Assembly: GCA_013203185.1 (NCBI GenBank)
Contig: JABMOS010000145.1
Location: forward strand, 8,294-72,293
From: Fidelibacterota bacterium
GTDB taxonomy: Bacteria > Fidelibacterota > UBA8477 > JABMPR01
Length of the DNA stretch: 64,000 bases
Direction of reading: 5' to 3'
The position numbers were made by a program, and so were the translations under genes. Positions 53,032-64,000 of this stretch are shown one piece after another (the stretch's first letter is position 1; each line of letters begins with the position of its first letter). The notes below the pieces were generated by a model. The model was not told the DNA's origin, made no database searches, and saw only the letters and a list, made by a program, of their open reading frames with translations.

Positions 53032-53880
53032 ATGATGAAAATTTTACTCACAGGTGGGTCTGGCGATCTCGGGCAAATTCTAATTCCCCTTCTGACAGCA
53101 AGCAGTCACGCCTATCGTATTTTCGATATTCGAAGACCTGAGACAGGGACGGAACACTTTCGTCAAGGATCACTTCTGGATGTTTCAGAAATTGAAGATG
53201 CCTTGATTGGCTGCGACCTGGTTATTCACATTGCTGCCTGGCATGGGATTCACGAGGCCAGGGGTTTAAAAACACCTCAAGACTTCTGGGATCTCAATGT
53301 GAATGGTACCTATAACTTGCTGCAGGCCTGCTTGAATCAGAAAACCACCAAATTGATTCATATATCCAGCAGCAGTATTACGAAATTGTCGGGGTACTAT
53401 GGGTTTACCAAGCGCCTGGCTGAAGAAGCTGTGAAACACTTTCACCAGCAGCACAACCTGCAAACGGTTACCTTGAGACCTCGCGCCTTCATACCCTACT
53501 GGAATAGAGCTGTATATGGTGATTTTCTAGAGTGGGCAAAACGATTCTGGCCTGGCGCCGTTCATATTGATGACGTTGCCCAGGCGGTCATGCTCAGCAT
53601 TGACCTGTTGAACAGTGATGAGTTTAAAGACCATCCCATTCTGAATGTAGACCGGGAACCAGATTATTCGCATGAAGAACTATCGAACTGGGATACTGAC
53701 GGTCCCGGCACAAGCTTTCAAAAGCATTATGCAGACTACATTCAGATGGCGTACAGGCTTGAGATCGATACTTCTGTAAAGCCTATCTCCAACAATATCC
53801 AGGAAACTAAAACGGTGCTTGGCTACCAGCCGCAGTATGGACTGACAGACCTCCTAAAGGAACTTTCTAAGTTACCTTAA
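53032..53880 (+). CDS. NAD-dependent epimerase/dehydratase (SDR) family protein
   Basis: KILLTGGSGDLG Rossmann motif and YGFTKRLAE (YxxxK). Confidence 0.8.
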   Translation: MMKILLTGGSGDLGQILIPLLTASSHAYRIFDIRRPETGTEHFRQGSLLDVSEIEDALIGCDLVIHIAAWHGIHEARGLKTPQDFWDLNVNGTYNLLQACLNQKTTKLIHISSSSITKLSGYYGFTKRLAEEAVKHFHQQHNLQTVTLRPRAFIPYWNRAVYGDFLEWAKRFWPGAVHIDDVAQAVMLSIDLLNSDEFKDHPILNVDREPDYSHEELSNWDTDGPGTSFQKHYADYIQMAYRLEIDTSVKPISNNIQETKTVLGYQPQYGLTDLLKELSKLP

Positions 53881-53894
53881 CTCGTTTACCTGCT

Positions 53895-55559
53895 CTACTC
53901 ATAGGCATCATCATGAACAGCCTTAACAGCTCGTCCAGAAGGATCATTTAAATTCTGAAACGATGCATCCCAGGCCAGGGCTTCTGGCGTACTGCAAGCT
54001 ACAGAAGGGACTGATGGGACACATTTTGCCGCCGAATCTGAGGGGAAATGTTCGGCAAATATGCTCCTATAGTAGTATTCTTCCTTACTCTGGGGTGTAT
54101 TGATTGGAAATTTGAACTTGGCTTTGGCCATTTTTTGATCACTTACTTCCTTCTCAGCCAAGGCTTTCAGGCTATCAATCCAGCTGTATCCCACACCATC
54201 AGAGAATTGCTCTTTCTGCCTCCAGGCCACACTCTCAGGCAGATAATCTTCGAATGCTTTTCTCAATATCCACTTTTCCATACGCCCCCCTCCAATCATT
54301 TTATCTTCGGGATTTAAACGCATAGCAACATCCATGAATTCCTTGTCAAGAAAAGGAACTCGACCTTCAATGCCCCAGGCTGCCAGAGATTTATTCGCTC
54401 GGAGACAATCGTAGAGATGGAGCTTCCCTAGTTTTCGAACCGTTTCTTCATGAAAGGCTTCAGCGCTAGGTGCTTTATGGAAATAAAGATATCCACCAAA
54501 TATTTCGTCAGCCCCTTCGCCAGATAGTACCATTTTGATTCCCATGGCTTTAATAGCCCGGGCTAACAGGTACATGGGTGTTGACGCTCTTACCGTAGTA
54601 ACGTCGTAGGTTTCGAGATGATATATCACGTCGTGAAGGGCATCCATCCCTTCCTGTATGGTAAATAGAATTTCATGATGAACCGTATCAATATGTTCAG
54701 CCACTTTCCGTGCAGCGGCCAAATCTGGAGAGCCTTCCAGACCGACAGCAAAAGAGTGAAGACGTGGCCACCAGGCCTTTTTCTTATCATGCTCCTCAAC
54801 TCTGAATTCAGCATATTTTTGGGCAATGGCAGACACAATGGAGGAATCGAGGCCCCCTGATAACAGCACACCATACGGTACGTCAGACATCAATTGTCTG
54901 TGCACCGCTGCTTCAAGAGCATCCTTTAGTTCGGGGATACTACTTTTTTCGTTCTCAACATTCTTGAAATCTGACCAATCACGCTGATACCATTTCGTCA
55001 ACTGACCAGAGGTACTTGAAAAATAATGCCCTGGAGGGAACACTTCTATTTTGTTGCAGACTCCCTCTAGAGATTTCAATTCTGAAGCGACATAAAAGTT
55101 ACCGGATTCATCCCAGCCCATATACAAAGGGATGATCCCCATATGGTCTCGGGCAATGAGATAGCTGTTGGTTTTTGTATCATGTAAGGCAAAGGCAAAA
55201 ATTCCATTTAGCTCATCCAGAAAGCCCACGCCTTTTTTCTCATAAAGGGCAAGAATGACTTCACAATCTGAATGGGTTTGGAAACGATAATCCGGAAATT
55301 GCTCCCGTAACGCTTCATGGTTATAAATTTCACCGTTGACAGCCAGAACAAGTGACTTCTCCTCGTTATACAAAGGTTGCCCACCTGAAATAGGATCCAC
55401 AATAGCCAGTCGCTCATGACTCATTACAGCATGATCACCACAATAGATACCAGACCAGTCAGGGCCACGATGTCGAACCTTTTTGGACATCCTCAAAACT
55501 TTGGGACGCAGCTTTTTGGCATCGACTTGCAGATCAAAAACACACACAATTCCACACAT
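53895..55559 (-). CDS. asnB: Asparagine synthase (glutamine-hydrolysing)
   Basis: MCGI N-terminal nucleophile, SGGLDSS PP-loop, 554 aa. Confidence 0.95.
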   Translation of the reverse strand: MCGIVCVFDLQVDAKKLRPKVLRMSKKVRHRGPDWSGIYCGDHAVMSHERLAIVDPISGGQPLYNEEKSLVLAVNGEIYNHEALREQFPDYRFQTHSDCEVILALYEKKGVGFLDELNGIFAFALHDTKTNSYLIARDHMGIIPLYMGWDESGNFYVASELKSLEGVCNKIEVFPPGHYFSSTSGQLTKWYQRDWSDFKNVENEKSSIPELKDALEAAVHRQLMSDVPYGVLLSGGLDSSIVSAIAQKYAEFRVEEHDKKKAWWPRLHSFAVGLEGSPDLAAARKVAEHIDTVHHEILFTIQEGMDALHDVIYHLETYDVTTVRASTPMYLLARAIKAMGIKMVLSGEGADEIFGGYLYFHKAPSAEAFHEETVRKLGKLHLYDCLRANKSLAAWGIEGRVPFLDKEFMDVAMRLNPEDKMIGGGRMEKWILRKAFEDYLPESVAWRQKEQFSDGVGYSWIDSLKALAEKEVSDQKMAKAKFKFPINTPQSKEEYYYRSIFAEHFPSDSAAKCVPSVPSVACSTPEALAWDASFQNLNDPSGRAVKAVHDDAYE

Positions 55560-55631
55560 ATTCAGTACTCTCTATTCTTTACAAAATTCTAGTGAGCTTG
55601 TCTTTTTACCCTTCAACAGGCTCCAACCTAT

Positions 55632-55656
55632 GCTTGCCAGCTTTGGTTTGGCAGGC
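55632..55656. repeat. REP-like hairpin between hisIE and asnB
   Basis: GCTTGCCAG-CTTTGGT-TTGGCAGGC (with G-U pairs). TTGGCAGGCAGGG matches TTGGCAGGCGGG at 17739-17750. Confidence 0.3.
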
Positions 55657-55674
55657 AGGGAGACAAACTCATTA

Positions 55675-56292
55675 TTAGTCGTGTCTCGCCTTTAAGACGC
55701 TGACAACATCATTCAGGGTCAAACCCTTGGAATTGATGAGTACCAGGAGGTGATAGATTAAATCCGCACTTTCATTCAGGAACTCCTGATCATCGCCAGC
55801 GACAGCTGCCAGGGCAGTTTCAACTGCTTCCTCACCTACTTTTTGCGCGATGTATTTCGGTCCTCGTTTCAGCAGTTTTGCCGTATACGAGGTTTCTGAT
55901 GGGGTGGTTTGACGATAAGCAATAACCCCTTCCAGCTCTGACAGAAATGATAATCCAGGTTGGGGACCCTCTTCCCAACAAGTGGCAGCTCCTGTATGGC
56001 AAACCGGACCTGAGGGTGTGGCCAGAACCATGAGACTGTCACCATCACAATCGGCTACTATTTCCTTATAGTGCAGGGTATTGCCAGAGGTTTCTCCCTT
56101 TTCCCAGAGACTTTGACGGGTTCTGCTATAGAAAGTGACCTTTCCCGTTTGCAGGGTTTGGGTCAAGGCCTCTTTATTCATATATGCCTGCATCAACAAA
56201 ATGCCAGTGATAGCATCCTGTACAATGGCTGGGATAAGACCCTGCTGCTTATCCCATGCTAACTGATCGAGATTATCTCGAGTAACTTTCAT
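55675..56292 (-). CDS. hisIE: Bifunctional phosphoribosyl-AMP cyclohydrolase / phosphoribosyl-ATP pyrophosphatase
   Basis: 205 aa. The HisI part has [16 protein letters not shown]...DCDGD. The HisE part has EEAVE...[12 protein letters not shown]. Confidence 0.9.
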   Translation of the reverse strand: MKVTRDNLDQLAWDKQQGLIPAIVQDAITGILLMQAYMNKEALTQTLQTGKVTFYSRTRQSLWEKGETSGNTLHYKEIVADCDGDSLMVLATPSGPVCHTGAATCWEEGPQPGLSFLSELEGVIAYRQTTPSETSYTAKLLKRGPKYIAQKVGEEAVETALAAVAGDDQEFLNESADLIYHLLVLINSKGLTLNDVVSVLKARHD

Positions 56293-57062
56293 TTTCGTAC
56301 CTCCACACCTGATTCTGATAAATATTTTTTCAATTCCTGAATATCCAATACACGCTTATGAAATACGCTGGCAGCCAGGGCTCCATCCACATCACTTTTT
56401 TCAAAGACTTCTTTGAAATGTTCCATTGTCCCTGCCCCACCGGATGCAATGAGGGGAATATCACAACTCAATCGTGCTTGAGTCAACTGGGTGGTATCAT
56501 ACCCCTGACGCACCCCGTCCTGGTTCATGCAATTCAGGACTATTTCACCAGCACCCAACTGTTGAACTTCACGAATCCAATCAAAGGTCTTCCATGCAGT
56601 GAGTCGTGTACGCTCCACATCTCCTGTAAACTGATAGACTTGATATTCTCCGCTACTCTCATCTTGATAACTATCTATCCCCACCACAACACACTGTTGT
56701 CCAAATCGTTTGTTCAGATCACCAATGAGACTGGGGTCATTCAAGGCAGGAGAATTAATACTGATTTTATCTGCACCCATTTCCAATACTTCAGCAGCCA
56801 GATCCAGGGTTGAGATGCCCCCAGCCACACAAAAAGGAATATCTATGACCCGGGCCACGCGCTCGATCCAACTACGATCCACACTTCGACCATCACTGCT
56901 GGCGGTGATATCATAAAACACCAGCTCGTCTGCACCCATTTGTGAGTAGAATTCAGCCAGAGGAACGATATCGCCAACAATTTCATGATCTCGAAACCGG
57001 ACGCCCTTGACGACCTTCCCAGCCCGCACATCTAGACAGGGTATTATTCGGCGAGCCAGCAT
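56289..57062 (-). CDS. hisF: Imidazole glycerol phosphate synthase cyclase subunit
   Basis: RIIPCLDV..., [12 protein letters not shown], and ASGGAG. Confidence 0.95.
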   Translation of the reverse strand: MLARRIIPCLDVRAGKVVKGVRFRDHEIVGDIVPLAEFYSQMGADELVFYDITASSDGRSVDRSWIERVARVIDIPFCVAGGISTLDLAAEVLEMGADKISINSPALNDPSLIGDLNKRFGQQCVVVGIDSYQDESSGEYQVYQFTGDVERTRLTAWKTFDWIREVQQLGAGEIVLNCMNQDGVRQGYDTTQLTQARLSCDIPLIASGGAGTMEHFKEVFEKSDVDGALAASVFHKRVLDIQELKKYLSESGVEVRK

Positions 57063-57781
57063 GACTGTGCCTCCTTCAGGGTGAATTTTCCATCTAACAG
57101 TGCCTTGCCCACTATGATTCCTGCTACGCCTGTCTGGGCAACCCTTGAAATATCCTGAAGGCTTCCAATTCCACCCGAAGCCTGCCAGGTTAATTGTGGA
57201 TATTTTTGCTGGAGTTCCGCATAGAGTTGGTGGTTTGAACCCTGAAGCGTCCCATCACGGCTAATATCTGTACATAGAATGTGTTGAATATTGACTGCAA
57301 GATATTGATCGAGGACATCCTCCAACAGCACCTGGCCTCCTTGCTGCCAGGCCTGGGTGGGGAGCCATTTCTGTCCCTGCTCACCCAAAGCCACATCCAG
57401 GGCGAGAACAATCTTTTCAGGACCAAACTTTTGAACCCAGGTTGATACCACTTCCGGCTCCTTGATAGCCAGGCTACCAATTACGACACGGCCAGCACCA
57501 GCTTCAAGTAATTCGGCGACATCCTGTTCAGATCGGATACCTCCCCCTGTTTGAATGAGTGCATCAGTTGAGGTGCTGAGGTTTCCTATGAGTGAGAGTT
57601 GTCTCCGTTTTATATCTTTGGCACCCTGGAGGTCCACAATGTGAATGAGCTCGGCTCCATTTTTTGAATAGTCATCCACCAATGAGGCCGGGGTTTGATC
57701 ATAATAAGTGACCTGATTGTAGTCCCCTTTGAACAGTCGAACGGTTTGACCGTCAATAATATCAATAGCTGGAATAATCAT
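57044..57781 (-). CDS. hisA: ProFAR isomerase
   Basis: [25 protein letters not shown], and [11 protein letters not shown]. Confidence 0.95.
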   Translation of the reverse strand: MIIPAIDIIDGQTVRLFKGDYNQVTYYDQTPASLVDDYSKNGAELIHIVDLQGAKDIKRRQLSLIGNLSTSTDALIQTGGGIRSEQDVAELLEAGAGRVVIGSLAIKEPEVVSTWVQKFGPEKIVLALDVALGEQGQKWLPTQAWQQGGQVLLEDVLDQYLAVNIQHILCTDISRDGTLQGSNHQLYAELQQKYPQLTWQASGGIGSLQDISRVAQTGVAGIIVGKALLDGKFTLKEAQSCWLAE

Positions 57782-58368
57782 ATTTTTATCTCCAGAAAAT
57801 TTTTCAGAAGTTGTGAACCAGCTGCACTTGATCTCTCAGGATGAAATTGAACGCCCAGAAAATTTTTGTAGGCAATGGCTGCAGAAAAACGACTGCCATA
57901 TTCACACTGGGCAATTGAAGTATCTGACACTCCCACCCCATAGGTGTGAACGAAGTAGAAATACATCTCCTCGTTTATACCGTGCAGAAGTGGATGATCT
58001 GTACACTCAGCAAGTGTATTCCAGCCCATATGGGGCAATCGTAGGCCCTGAGACTGTAAACCCTTAACCTCACCTGGCACCAGGTCTAAACAGGCGATAT
58101 CACCCTCTGACGAGCGTGATGTGAGCATCTGCATACCTAAACAGATTCCAAGTACTGGCTGGGTCAGATTCTGAATCACATCGATGAGGTCTCTTTCCTC
58201 TAAAACACCCATGGCATATTGGGCACTTCCCACACCTGGGAGAAAAACCCGGTCTGCTGAACTTATGGTCTCAGGATCGCTGCTAATGACCACATCATTG
58301 GTTAAGCGCTCAACGGCAAACTTCAATGACGTGAGATTGGCGCACCCCGTATCTATGATGACACTCAC
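57778..58368 (-). CDS. hisH: Imidazole glycerol phosphate synthase glutamine amidotransferase subunit
   Basis: LPGVGS, GICLGMQ (nucleophile Cys), and QFHPERS. Confidence 0.95.
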   Translation of the reverse strand: MSVIIDTGCANLTSLKFAVERLTNDVVISSDPETISSADRVFLPGVGSAQYAMGVLEERDLIDVIQNLTQPVLGICLGMQMLTSRSSEGDIACLDLVPGEVKGLQSQGLRLPHMGWNTLAECTDHPLLHGINEEMYFYFVHTYGVGVSDTSIAQCEYGSRFSAAIAYKNFLGVQFHPERSSAAGSQLLKNFLEIKI

Positions 58369-59435
58369 AAAGCCCCCTTAGAGCTAGGGATCTTATTTCC
58401 CGTTTTCCGTATTGCTTGTCCCAGGGCTCTTCCAAAGACCTTAAATAGAGATTCAACCTGGTGATGGCCATTGCCTTCTGTTGTAGAGAGGTGGAGGGTT
58501 ACACCCATACTCATTGACAGGGATCTGAAAAAGTGCTGGACCATTTGTGTGCTCATCTCGCCAACGGTTTCAGTGCTAAAGGCTGCTTGAAACTCCAGAT
58601 GGGGACGACCTGATATATCCAGTAGACATTCGGCTCGACACTCATCCATTGGCAAGGCAAAACCAAAGCGACCAATTCCCTGCTTACGACCCAGGGCTTT
58701 TGATAATGCTTCTCCCAAAGCCAGGGCAGTATCTTCAATACTGTGATGATCGTCAATTTCAAGATCGCCACTCACCTGGCATCTCAGATAGAATCCAGCA
58801 TGGACTGCAATTTGATCCAACATATGGTCAAAAAACCCTATCCCTGTGGATATATCTGATTTCGTACCGCTATCCAGATTTACATCAATTTTGATTTGGG
58901 TTTCTGTGGTAGCTCTTTCGACGCTTGCCACCCTATCTGATTGGGTCAACAATGATACAATCGAATCCCAACCCATGCTATTAGGTTCATAAAGAATACT
59001 TTCAATGCCCATATTTTCTGCCAATTCAACATCACTTGGCCTGTCTCCAATCACCCATGAATCCTGAAAGTCAATTTTGCCTGCCTTCAACAGGGGTTGC
59101 ACCAGTCCCAATTTTGGCTTTCTACAGGAGCAAGCCTCTGCTTCAAAATGAGGGCAGAATAGCGTGTCTTCAAACTCGATCCCCTGTGATGTGAAAATCT
59201 CCATGAGTTTGGCCTGGGGAATAAGGAAGTCTTTTTCGGGAAATGACTCTGTGCCACGGCCATCTTGATTGGATATCATGATCAAGGTGTAGCCTGCTTG
59301 CTGCAGCTTCAGGAGCGCAGGGATCACATTGGGTTCAAGCTCCAGTTTCTCAAGTGAATCTACTTGAAAATCTACAGCTGGTTCCTTGATCAAAGTTCCA
59401 TCTCTATCGATTAATAAGGTTGGCCTGGCACTCAT
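58365..59435 (-). CDS. hisB: Bifunctional histidinol-phosphatase / imidazoleglycerol-phosphate dehydratase
   Basis: N-terminal HAD (IDRDGTLI) fused to IGPD ([11 protein letters not shown]...HHSIED...GHHQVES). Confidence 0.95.
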   Translation of the reverse strand: MSARPTLLIDRDGTLIKEPAVDFQVDSLEKLELEPNVIPALLKLQQAGYTLIMISNQDGRGTESFPEKDFLIPQAKLMEIFTSQGIEFEDTLFCPHFEAEACSCRKPKLGLVQPLLKAGKIDFQDSWVIGDRPSDVELAENMGIESILYEPNSMGWDSIVSLLTQSDRVASVERATTETQIKIDVNLDSGTKSDISTGIGFFDHMLDQIAVHAGFYLRCQVSGDLEIDDHHSIEDTALALGEALSKALGRKQGIGRFGFALPMDECRAECLLDISGRPHLEFQAAFSTETVGEMSTQMVQHFFRSLSMSMGVTLHLSTTEGNGHHQVESLFKVFGRALGQAIRKTGNKIPSSKGAL

Positions 59436-60505
59436 AGGCTGGCCTCATAATCCTGAAAAACCTCAAGAAGTGACTTTGTTTCCTCAGGAGTTCCAATACT
59501 AATACGAACACAATTATCTAGTAGGATTTGCTTGCTTTGGTTGCGGATAACCACTCCCTTCATTTCCATAGATTTCATAAGATCTGTGGCATCATTCACC
59601 CTCAGCAATACAAAATTTGCAACCCCGGGATAAATTTTTTGGATAAATGAAAAGGCTTTGAGTTTCTCAACCAGTTCGTCTCTGGATACTTTTATCAGAT
59701 TAACTTCCTGTCTCATTCTCTGGATACCATCTTCTGCAAGGGCTGCAACAGCCAGATCTGCAACGGGTACGGGTATTGGGTATGGGGGGGTCACTTTTTT
59801 TATTATGGTTATAATTTCAGGTGAAGCCAGAATGAATCCACAACGCAATCCTGCGAGCCCAAATGCTTTTGAGAGTGTGCGCAACACAATGAGATTGGGA
59901 TAATCAGCCAATAATTTCACATAACTTGCTTCTGGTATAAATTCGATATAGGCTTCATCCAGAACCACCAGGGCTTGATTCCGAGTGGCTTCAAGGATCT
60001 TGATCACCTTCGACTTCTTGATCAAATTTCCAGTTGGGTTGTTTGGTGAGCACAGAAACACCAATTTACTATCTTCAGCCTCAACAATGACCTGAGGCAA
60101 ATCAATTTTCCAATCGGCTAACAGGGGTGTGGGCATGCAATTAACGCCATGGGTTTCGGCAGTGATGCGATACATCCCATAAGTTGGAGGTGTATACACA
60201 ACCTGATCCTCTCCACCTGTACAAAAACTACGAATAAGGAGGTCCAGGCCTTCATCAATTCCCCGGGTTACCAAAAGCTGATCCTGGGCCACTCCAGCAT
60301 ATCGGGAATATGCTTCAAGTAGAGCTACAGGTTGAAATTCAGGATAGCGATTAAGGGCAGACGGGAAATCACCAGAGCTCCTTGTGAAAGGATTTTCATT
60401 GGCGTTGAGCCACACTTCACCGCGTGTGGCTTCTCTCCTTGCTGAAGAATACGGTATGAGATTTCTTATGTTTTTGGGTGTCAACCTATCTAGCCAAGCA
60501 GTCAT
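59432..60505 (-). CDS. hisC: Histidinol-phosphate aminotransferase
   Basis: [12 protein letters not shown], and [14 protein letters not shown] (PLP Lys). Confidence 0.95.
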   Translation of the reverse strand: MTAWLDRLTPKNIRNLIPYSSARREATRGEVWLNANENPFTRSSGDFPSALNRYPEFQPVALLEAYSRYAGVAQDQLLVTRGIDEGLDLLIRSFCTGGEDQVVYTPPTYGMYRITAETHGVNCMPTPLLADWKIDLPQVIVEAEDSKLVFLCSPNNPTGNLIKKSKVIKILEATRNQALVVLDEAYIEFIPEASYVKLLADYPNLIVLRTLSKAFGLAGLRCGFILASPEIITIIKKVTPPYPIPVPVADLAVAALAEDGIQRMRQEVNLIKVSRDELVEKLKAFSFIQKIYPGVANFVLLRVNDATDLMKSMEMKGVVIRNQSKQILLDNCVRISIGTPEETKSLLEVFQDYEASL

Positions 60506-61794
60506 AGTGTGTCCTCCAATCGTATGGAAACTGAATTTGCATGGGCGTCCAATCCTTCTCCCTGAGCAATTGTTATAATGGTTTCACTAAGAGACTCCAG
60601 TCCTGCTTTGCTTAGCCTTTGGACCGTGGATCGTTTCTGAAAATCTTTTAATGAGAGAGCATCTGTGAATCTGGCGTAACCATAGGTTGGAAGCACATGG
60701 TTGGTACCTGAGGCATAATCCCCTGCGCTTTCTGGCGTCCAGGGGCCCAGAAATATTGATCCAGCATGAATGATCCGATCCAGAGTTCCCTCAGCATCCC
60801 TGACATTCACTATTAAGTGCTCAGGGGCATACAGATTGCTGATTTCAAGGGCCTGATCAACATCTCTTGCCAGTATGTATCTGCTATGCTGTAAAGCTTT
60901 TCTGGCAATTTTCCAACGGCTTAGACTCTTCAACTGTTCTTGTATGGCTGTTTCTACATTTTGGATGAGTGAGGCATCATCTGAAATTAGAATTACCTGG
61001 GAATCGGGACCATGCTCAGCCTGACTGAGAAGATCTGCTGCCACGAAGCGAGCGTCTGCCGTTTCATCTGCAATCACAAGCACTTCAGAAGGCCCTGCAG
61101 GCATATCTATTCCAACCTGTCCCTGAAGCAAACTTACCTGTCTTTTTGCTTCTGTAACATAGCGGTTTCCAGGGCCAAATATTTTGTCAACTCTGGGAAT
61201 TGATTCTGTTCCGTATGCCAGGGCTGCAATGGCCTGGGCGCCGCCTACTTTGTATAGGTCGTCTAAGCCACACTTTGATGCAGCATAGATAATTTCCGGC
61301 GCCATTTGACCATCGCTTCCTGGAGGACTTACCATTATTGCAAAAGGACATCCTGCCAACTGGGTTGGCACGCCAAGCATTAGTGCCGTAGATATCAAAG
61401 GCGTGCTCCCGCCAGGCACATACAAACCCACTGACTGAAGAGGTCTAACTCTTAAAGTGCAATTGACTCCTGGTGCGGTTTCAATTTTAATATCATCCTG
61501 CAACTGGGCCTGGTGAAAAGTCCTTATCATTTCATAGGCTTTATCAATCGAAATGCGCATTGCTGGATCAAGACTGGCGATTGCTTGTTTGATTTCTTCA
61601 GCTGAAACTTTGAAACTCTCTAGTTCAACACCATCAAAACGGGCAGTCAAGACGCGCAGGGCATCATCTCCAGAAACCTTGACGACCCAAAGTATTTTTT
61701 CCACAGAACCCTGAAGCTTCTCATTGTCTGCCATACGGGGTCGCTCAAGCAAATTGTCTCGTTGAGCTGTATCAAGTGTTTGCCAATCGATCAT
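60502..61794 (-). CDS. hisD: Histidinol dehydrogenase
   Basis: 430 aa. GGAQAIAA, SQAEHGPDSQ, and PEHL. Confidence 0.95.
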   Translation of the reverse strand: MIDWQTLDTAQRDNLLERPRMADNEKLQGSVEKILWVVKVSGDDALRVLTARFDGVELESFKVSAEEIKQAIASLDPAMRISIDKAYEMIRTFHQAQLQDDIKIETAPGVNCTLRVRPLQSVGLYVPGGSTPLISTALMLGVPTQLAGCPFAIMVSPPGSDGQMAPEIIYAASKCGLDDLYKVGGAQAIAALAYGTESIPRVDKIFGPGNRYVTEAKRQVSLLQGQVGIDMPAGPSEVLVIADETADARFVAADLLSQAEHGPDSQVILISDDASLIQNVETAIQEQLKSLSRWKIARKALQHSRYILARDVDQALEISNLYAPEHLIVNVRDAEGTLDRIIHAGSIFLGPWTPESAGDYASGTNHVLPTYGYARFTDALSLKDFQKRSTVQRLSKAGLESLSETIITIAQGEGLDAHANSVSIRLEDTL

Positions 61795-61796
61795 AC

Positions 61797-62693
61797 CTAC
61801 TCCATCATTTTTTCAATGGGAAGCACTAGAATTGAACTCCCACCAAGCTGCTTTAATGATTCCATGGTTTCCCAGAATACGGTCTCAGTACTCACGGCGT
61901 GTATGGCAACCTGGTCATCTGAACCAGCAAGTGGCAGAATGGTAGGTTTCTCAGCGCCTGGCAGAAGATTTATAATGGCATCAACCTGATTTTTGGGAGC
62001 GTGGAGCATGATGTACTTGCTCTCTTTGGCCTGCATGACACCATTGATCCGCACAATGAGACGATCAACCAATTGCTTTAAAGCTTCATTTTCAATAGTG
62101 GGGCGCCTTACCAGGGTCGCAGCAGAGCGAAGAATAACCTCATCTTCCCTCAACCCATTGGCCTCCAATGTCACTCCTGTTGAAACCAGATCGCAAATAG
62201 CATCAGCCAGACCTGCACGGGGCGCGACCTCTACAGAGCCTGTTAGATGAACAATCTTTGCAGAAACTCCCTGCTCCTCCAGGTATCGACCCAGTGAATA
62301 GGGATAACTTGTGGCTATGCGACAGCCTGACAGGTCCTGAATGCTGGTATAGTTTTGTTCTTCCGTGGTTGCGATGGAAAGTCGGCAATGGCCATAATCC
62401 AGGGCGATGAGCTTGACAAATTCAGCCTGCTCACCAAACTTTGCACGCTGCAGGCTGACCTCCTGCATGATATTGTCACCCACAAACCCTAAATCCACCA
62501 CACCTTCCATAACCAGCCCAGGGATATCATCATCCCGCACAAAGAGAATATCAATGGGCATATTTTTGACATGGGTAATCAATTTGTTTTTGGATTGATT
62601 GATCCGGAGACCGCATCGTTTCAGAATATCCAGGGTTGCGTCACTGAGACGACCTGATTTCTGGACTGCAATTTTTAATCGTTTCTCAGTCAT
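61797..62693 (-). CDS. hisG: ATP phosphoribosyltransferase, long form with C-terminal regulatory domain
   Basis: 298 aa. [18 protein letters not shown], and DLVSTGVTL. Confidence 0.95.
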   Translation of the reverse strand: MTEKRLKIAVQKSGRLSDATLDILKRCGLRINQSKNKLITHVKNMPIDILFVRDDDIPGLVMEGVVDLGFVGDNIMQEVSLQRAKFGEQAEFVKLIALDYGHCRLSIATTEEQNYTSIQDLSGCRIATSYPYSLGRYLEEQGVSAKIVHLTGSVEVAPRAGLADAICDLVSTGVTLEANGLREDEVILRSAATLVRRPTIENEALKQLVDRLIVRINGVMQAKESKYIMLHAPKNQVDAIINLLPGAEKPTILPLAGSDDQVAIHAVSTETVFWETMESLKQLGGSSILVLPIEKMME

Positions 62694-62776
62694 TTTCTTT
62701 CTTTGAGCCTTTCCATATCTCTTTCTCGTTTCTCAATTATCAGCATAGTTCTCTGAGATGTTAGGGGTAGGTATCT

Positions 62777-62813
62777 AAAATAAAAAACCCCCGGAGTTGG
62801 CTCCGAGGGTTTT
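62777..62813 (-). terminator. Attenuator terminator of the his leader
   Basis: Minus strand reads AAAACCCUCGGAG-CCAA-CUCCGGGGGUU followed by UUUUAUUUU. It lies 64 nt downstream of the leader stop and 83 nt upstream of hisG. Confidence 0.7.
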
Positions 62814-62876
62814 AAAAAGTTTTATCCCGAGGCAGCCAACATTGTGCTAGCCATCCCGGATATGTATTCCGAACGG

Positions 62877-62954
62877 CTACATCAAATGATGATGATGATT
62901 ATGACGATGAATCATAATCAGGTTCGGGACATTATTTATGCGTGTCATTTCCAT
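62877..62954 (-). CDS. hisL: His operon leader peptide
   Basis: Minus-strand ORF M-E-M-T-R-I-N-N-V-P-N-L-I-M-I-H-R-H-N-H-H-H-H-L-M-stop (alternative start at 62948). Six CAT His codons fall within eight codons. Confidence 0.7.
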   Translation of the reverse strand: MEMTRINNVPNLIMIHRHNHHHHLM

Positions 62955-63102
62955 GTTGAACGAATTCTAACAAATTAACTTTCTAAATACAAGCGTTAAA
63001 ATCTCCTAAAATGTTTTCGCAGCAAAGACTATCTTCAACCCACATTTTAGGCCATATTAATAAAGTGTGGCAAATGATTCATTGCTCAAGAGAGGTGATA
63101 AA

Positions 63103-63912
63103 ATGCAAAACAGCAAACTGGCAATTATCGGTACTGGAAATATAGGGATGTCCATCGCTGATGGACTTTTGGATTCAGGTGCATTTCAACCTGATCAGAT
63201 GATTCTGACCCGTCGTAAAATCAATCGTTTGGCTCGTTTTAGTGAGCGTGGTGTTTTGACCACTTCCGATAATGTCGCAGCCGTTGAGTTCGCTGACATA
63301 GTTTTAATTGCAGTTGAACCAGGGCAAATCGATGAGGTGTTGACTGAGATTGGCCCTCTTCTGGAGTCAGACAAGCATACACTCATTTCTGTGGTCACAG
63401 GCGTGTCTATTGACCAAATCCAGGCACATGTAGGGAACGGGGCTGCTATCGTCCGAGCCATGCCCAACACAGCGATTTCACTCAGGGAGTCTATTACTTG
63501 TTTGACTTCAAACGATCAGAGTGCTGCCATCGAAATTGGTAAATCAATCTTTAATACGGTGGGTGAAACTGTGGTTATTGACGAAGATCTTATGGGCGCT
63601 GCTACGGCACTTGGCGCTTGCGGTATTGCTTTCTTTCTCCGTGCTATACGTGCCGCCTCCCAGGGAGGAATTGAAATTGGATTCCATTCAGATAAGGCCT
63701 TACTCATCGCAGCACAAGTTGCCAAGGGAGCTGCTGAACTTATCTTGAAATCAGGACATCATCCAGAGTCTGAGATTGATAAAGTAACCACTCCAAGGGG
63801 GGTCACCATCGCAGGACTCAATCAAATGGAACACGAAGGCTTTAGCTCCGCCATGATCAAGGGGATTGTAACTTCAGCCAATATGGCCAGTGGGGTTTAC
63901 AAAAAAGGCTGA
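63103..63912 (+). CDS. proC: Pyrroline-5-carboxylate reductase
   Basis: Start moved to ATG 63103, preceded by AGAGGTGA. IIGTGNIG Rossmann motif, MPNTA, and VTTPRGVTIAG. Confidence 0.9.
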   Translation: MQNSKLAIIGTGNIGMSIADGLLDSGAFQPDQMILTRRKINRLARFSERGVLTTSDNVAAVEFADIVLIAVEPGQIDEVLTEIGPLLESDKHTLISVVTGVSIDQIQAHVGNGAAIVRAMPNTAISLRESITCLTSNDQSAAIEIGKSIFNTVGETVVIDEDLMGAATALGACGIAFFLRAIRAASQGGIEIGFHSDKALLIAAQVAKGAAELILKSGHHPESEIDKVTTPRGVTIAGLNQMEHEGFSSAMIKGIVTSANMASGVYKKG

Positions 63913-63932
63913 CTTCCCAGGTGCCTCACTAA

Positions 63933-63969
63933 GCACTTCGACAAGCTCAGTACAGGCCTGTCGAAGTGC
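63933..63969. repeat. REP-like hairpin after proC
   Basis: GCACTTCGACA (63933-63943) and TGTCGAAGTGC (63959-63969) form a perfect 11-bp stem. The loop AGCTCAGTACAGGCC carries the family word GCTCAG. Confidence 0.5.
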
Positions 63970-64000
63970 ACTGAAAGCCAAAGTTTACCTCTCTCATAAG

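Noticed and set aside
62886-62909. An ATG-rich run on the + strand (four tandem ATG at 62886-62897, plus two nearby) that looks like a microsatellite.
   Set aside because: On the minus strand these are the CAT (His) codons of the his leader peptide, a functional feature rather than a simple-sequence repeat.
1-64000. tRNA, rRNA, integrase, transposase, toxin-antitoxin genes or recognisable phage-defence gene sets.
   Set aside because: None was recognised in the six-frame ORFs or intergenic regions by eye. Small RNAs cannot be excluded without tRNAscan or Infernal-type searches.

Overview
This is a densely coding bacterial chromosomal segment. I saw no rRNA, tRNA, CRISPR array, integrase or transposase by eye. 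Two proteins end in FPNPFN-type C-terminal sorting domains (T9SS-like), which suggests an FCB-superphylum-like organism; that is inference only.

Layout:
- 1-7.6 kb, minus strand: flavoprotein, RluA, two unknown envelope proteins, pirin, VOC, a Rieske-GltS(FMN) fusion, VOC, and a radical SAM/SPASM enzyme.
- 7.8-29.5 kb, plus strand: a large anaerobic-type purine catabolism cluster related to E. coli ygeW-ygeY-ssnA-ygfK-ygfM-xdhD. It holds adenine deaminase, two xanthine-dehydrogenase-family enzyme sets, SsnA-, YgeY-, YgeW- and YgfK-like proteins, an 8-oxoguanine-deaminase-like amidohydrolase and two PLP enzymes. Four small inverted-repeat-bounded GxxExxY cassettes sit in its intergenic spacers (1 intact, 2 decayed, 1 ORF-less).
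- 29.8-38.6 kb: tag, dinB, ClC channel, TrmO, secreted M1 peptidase, AlkD-like protein, HAD hydrolase.
- 38.8-44.1 kb: a tight pta-ackA-ACP-beta-helix protein-nagB operon.
- 44.1-45.0 kb: two 'short ORFs' that join through one in-frame UGA into a secreted TlpA-like thioredoxin-fold protein. Its redox motif is W-U-G-N-C and a SECIS-like hairpin follows, making it a candidate selenoprotein with a T9SS sorting domain.
- 45.2-49.4 kb: Lrp regulator, type II glutamine synthetase, and a translationally coupled UbiA prenyltransferase-ferredoxin-geranylgeranyl reductase operon.
- 49.4-55.6 kb: two ABC exporter halves, an epimerase, asnB.
- 55.7-63.0 kb: a complete hisGDCBHAF(IE) operon preceded by a His-rich leader peptide and an attenuator terminator.
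- 63.1-63.9 kb: proC.

All family assignments come from motif reading of the translations. No database search was possible.
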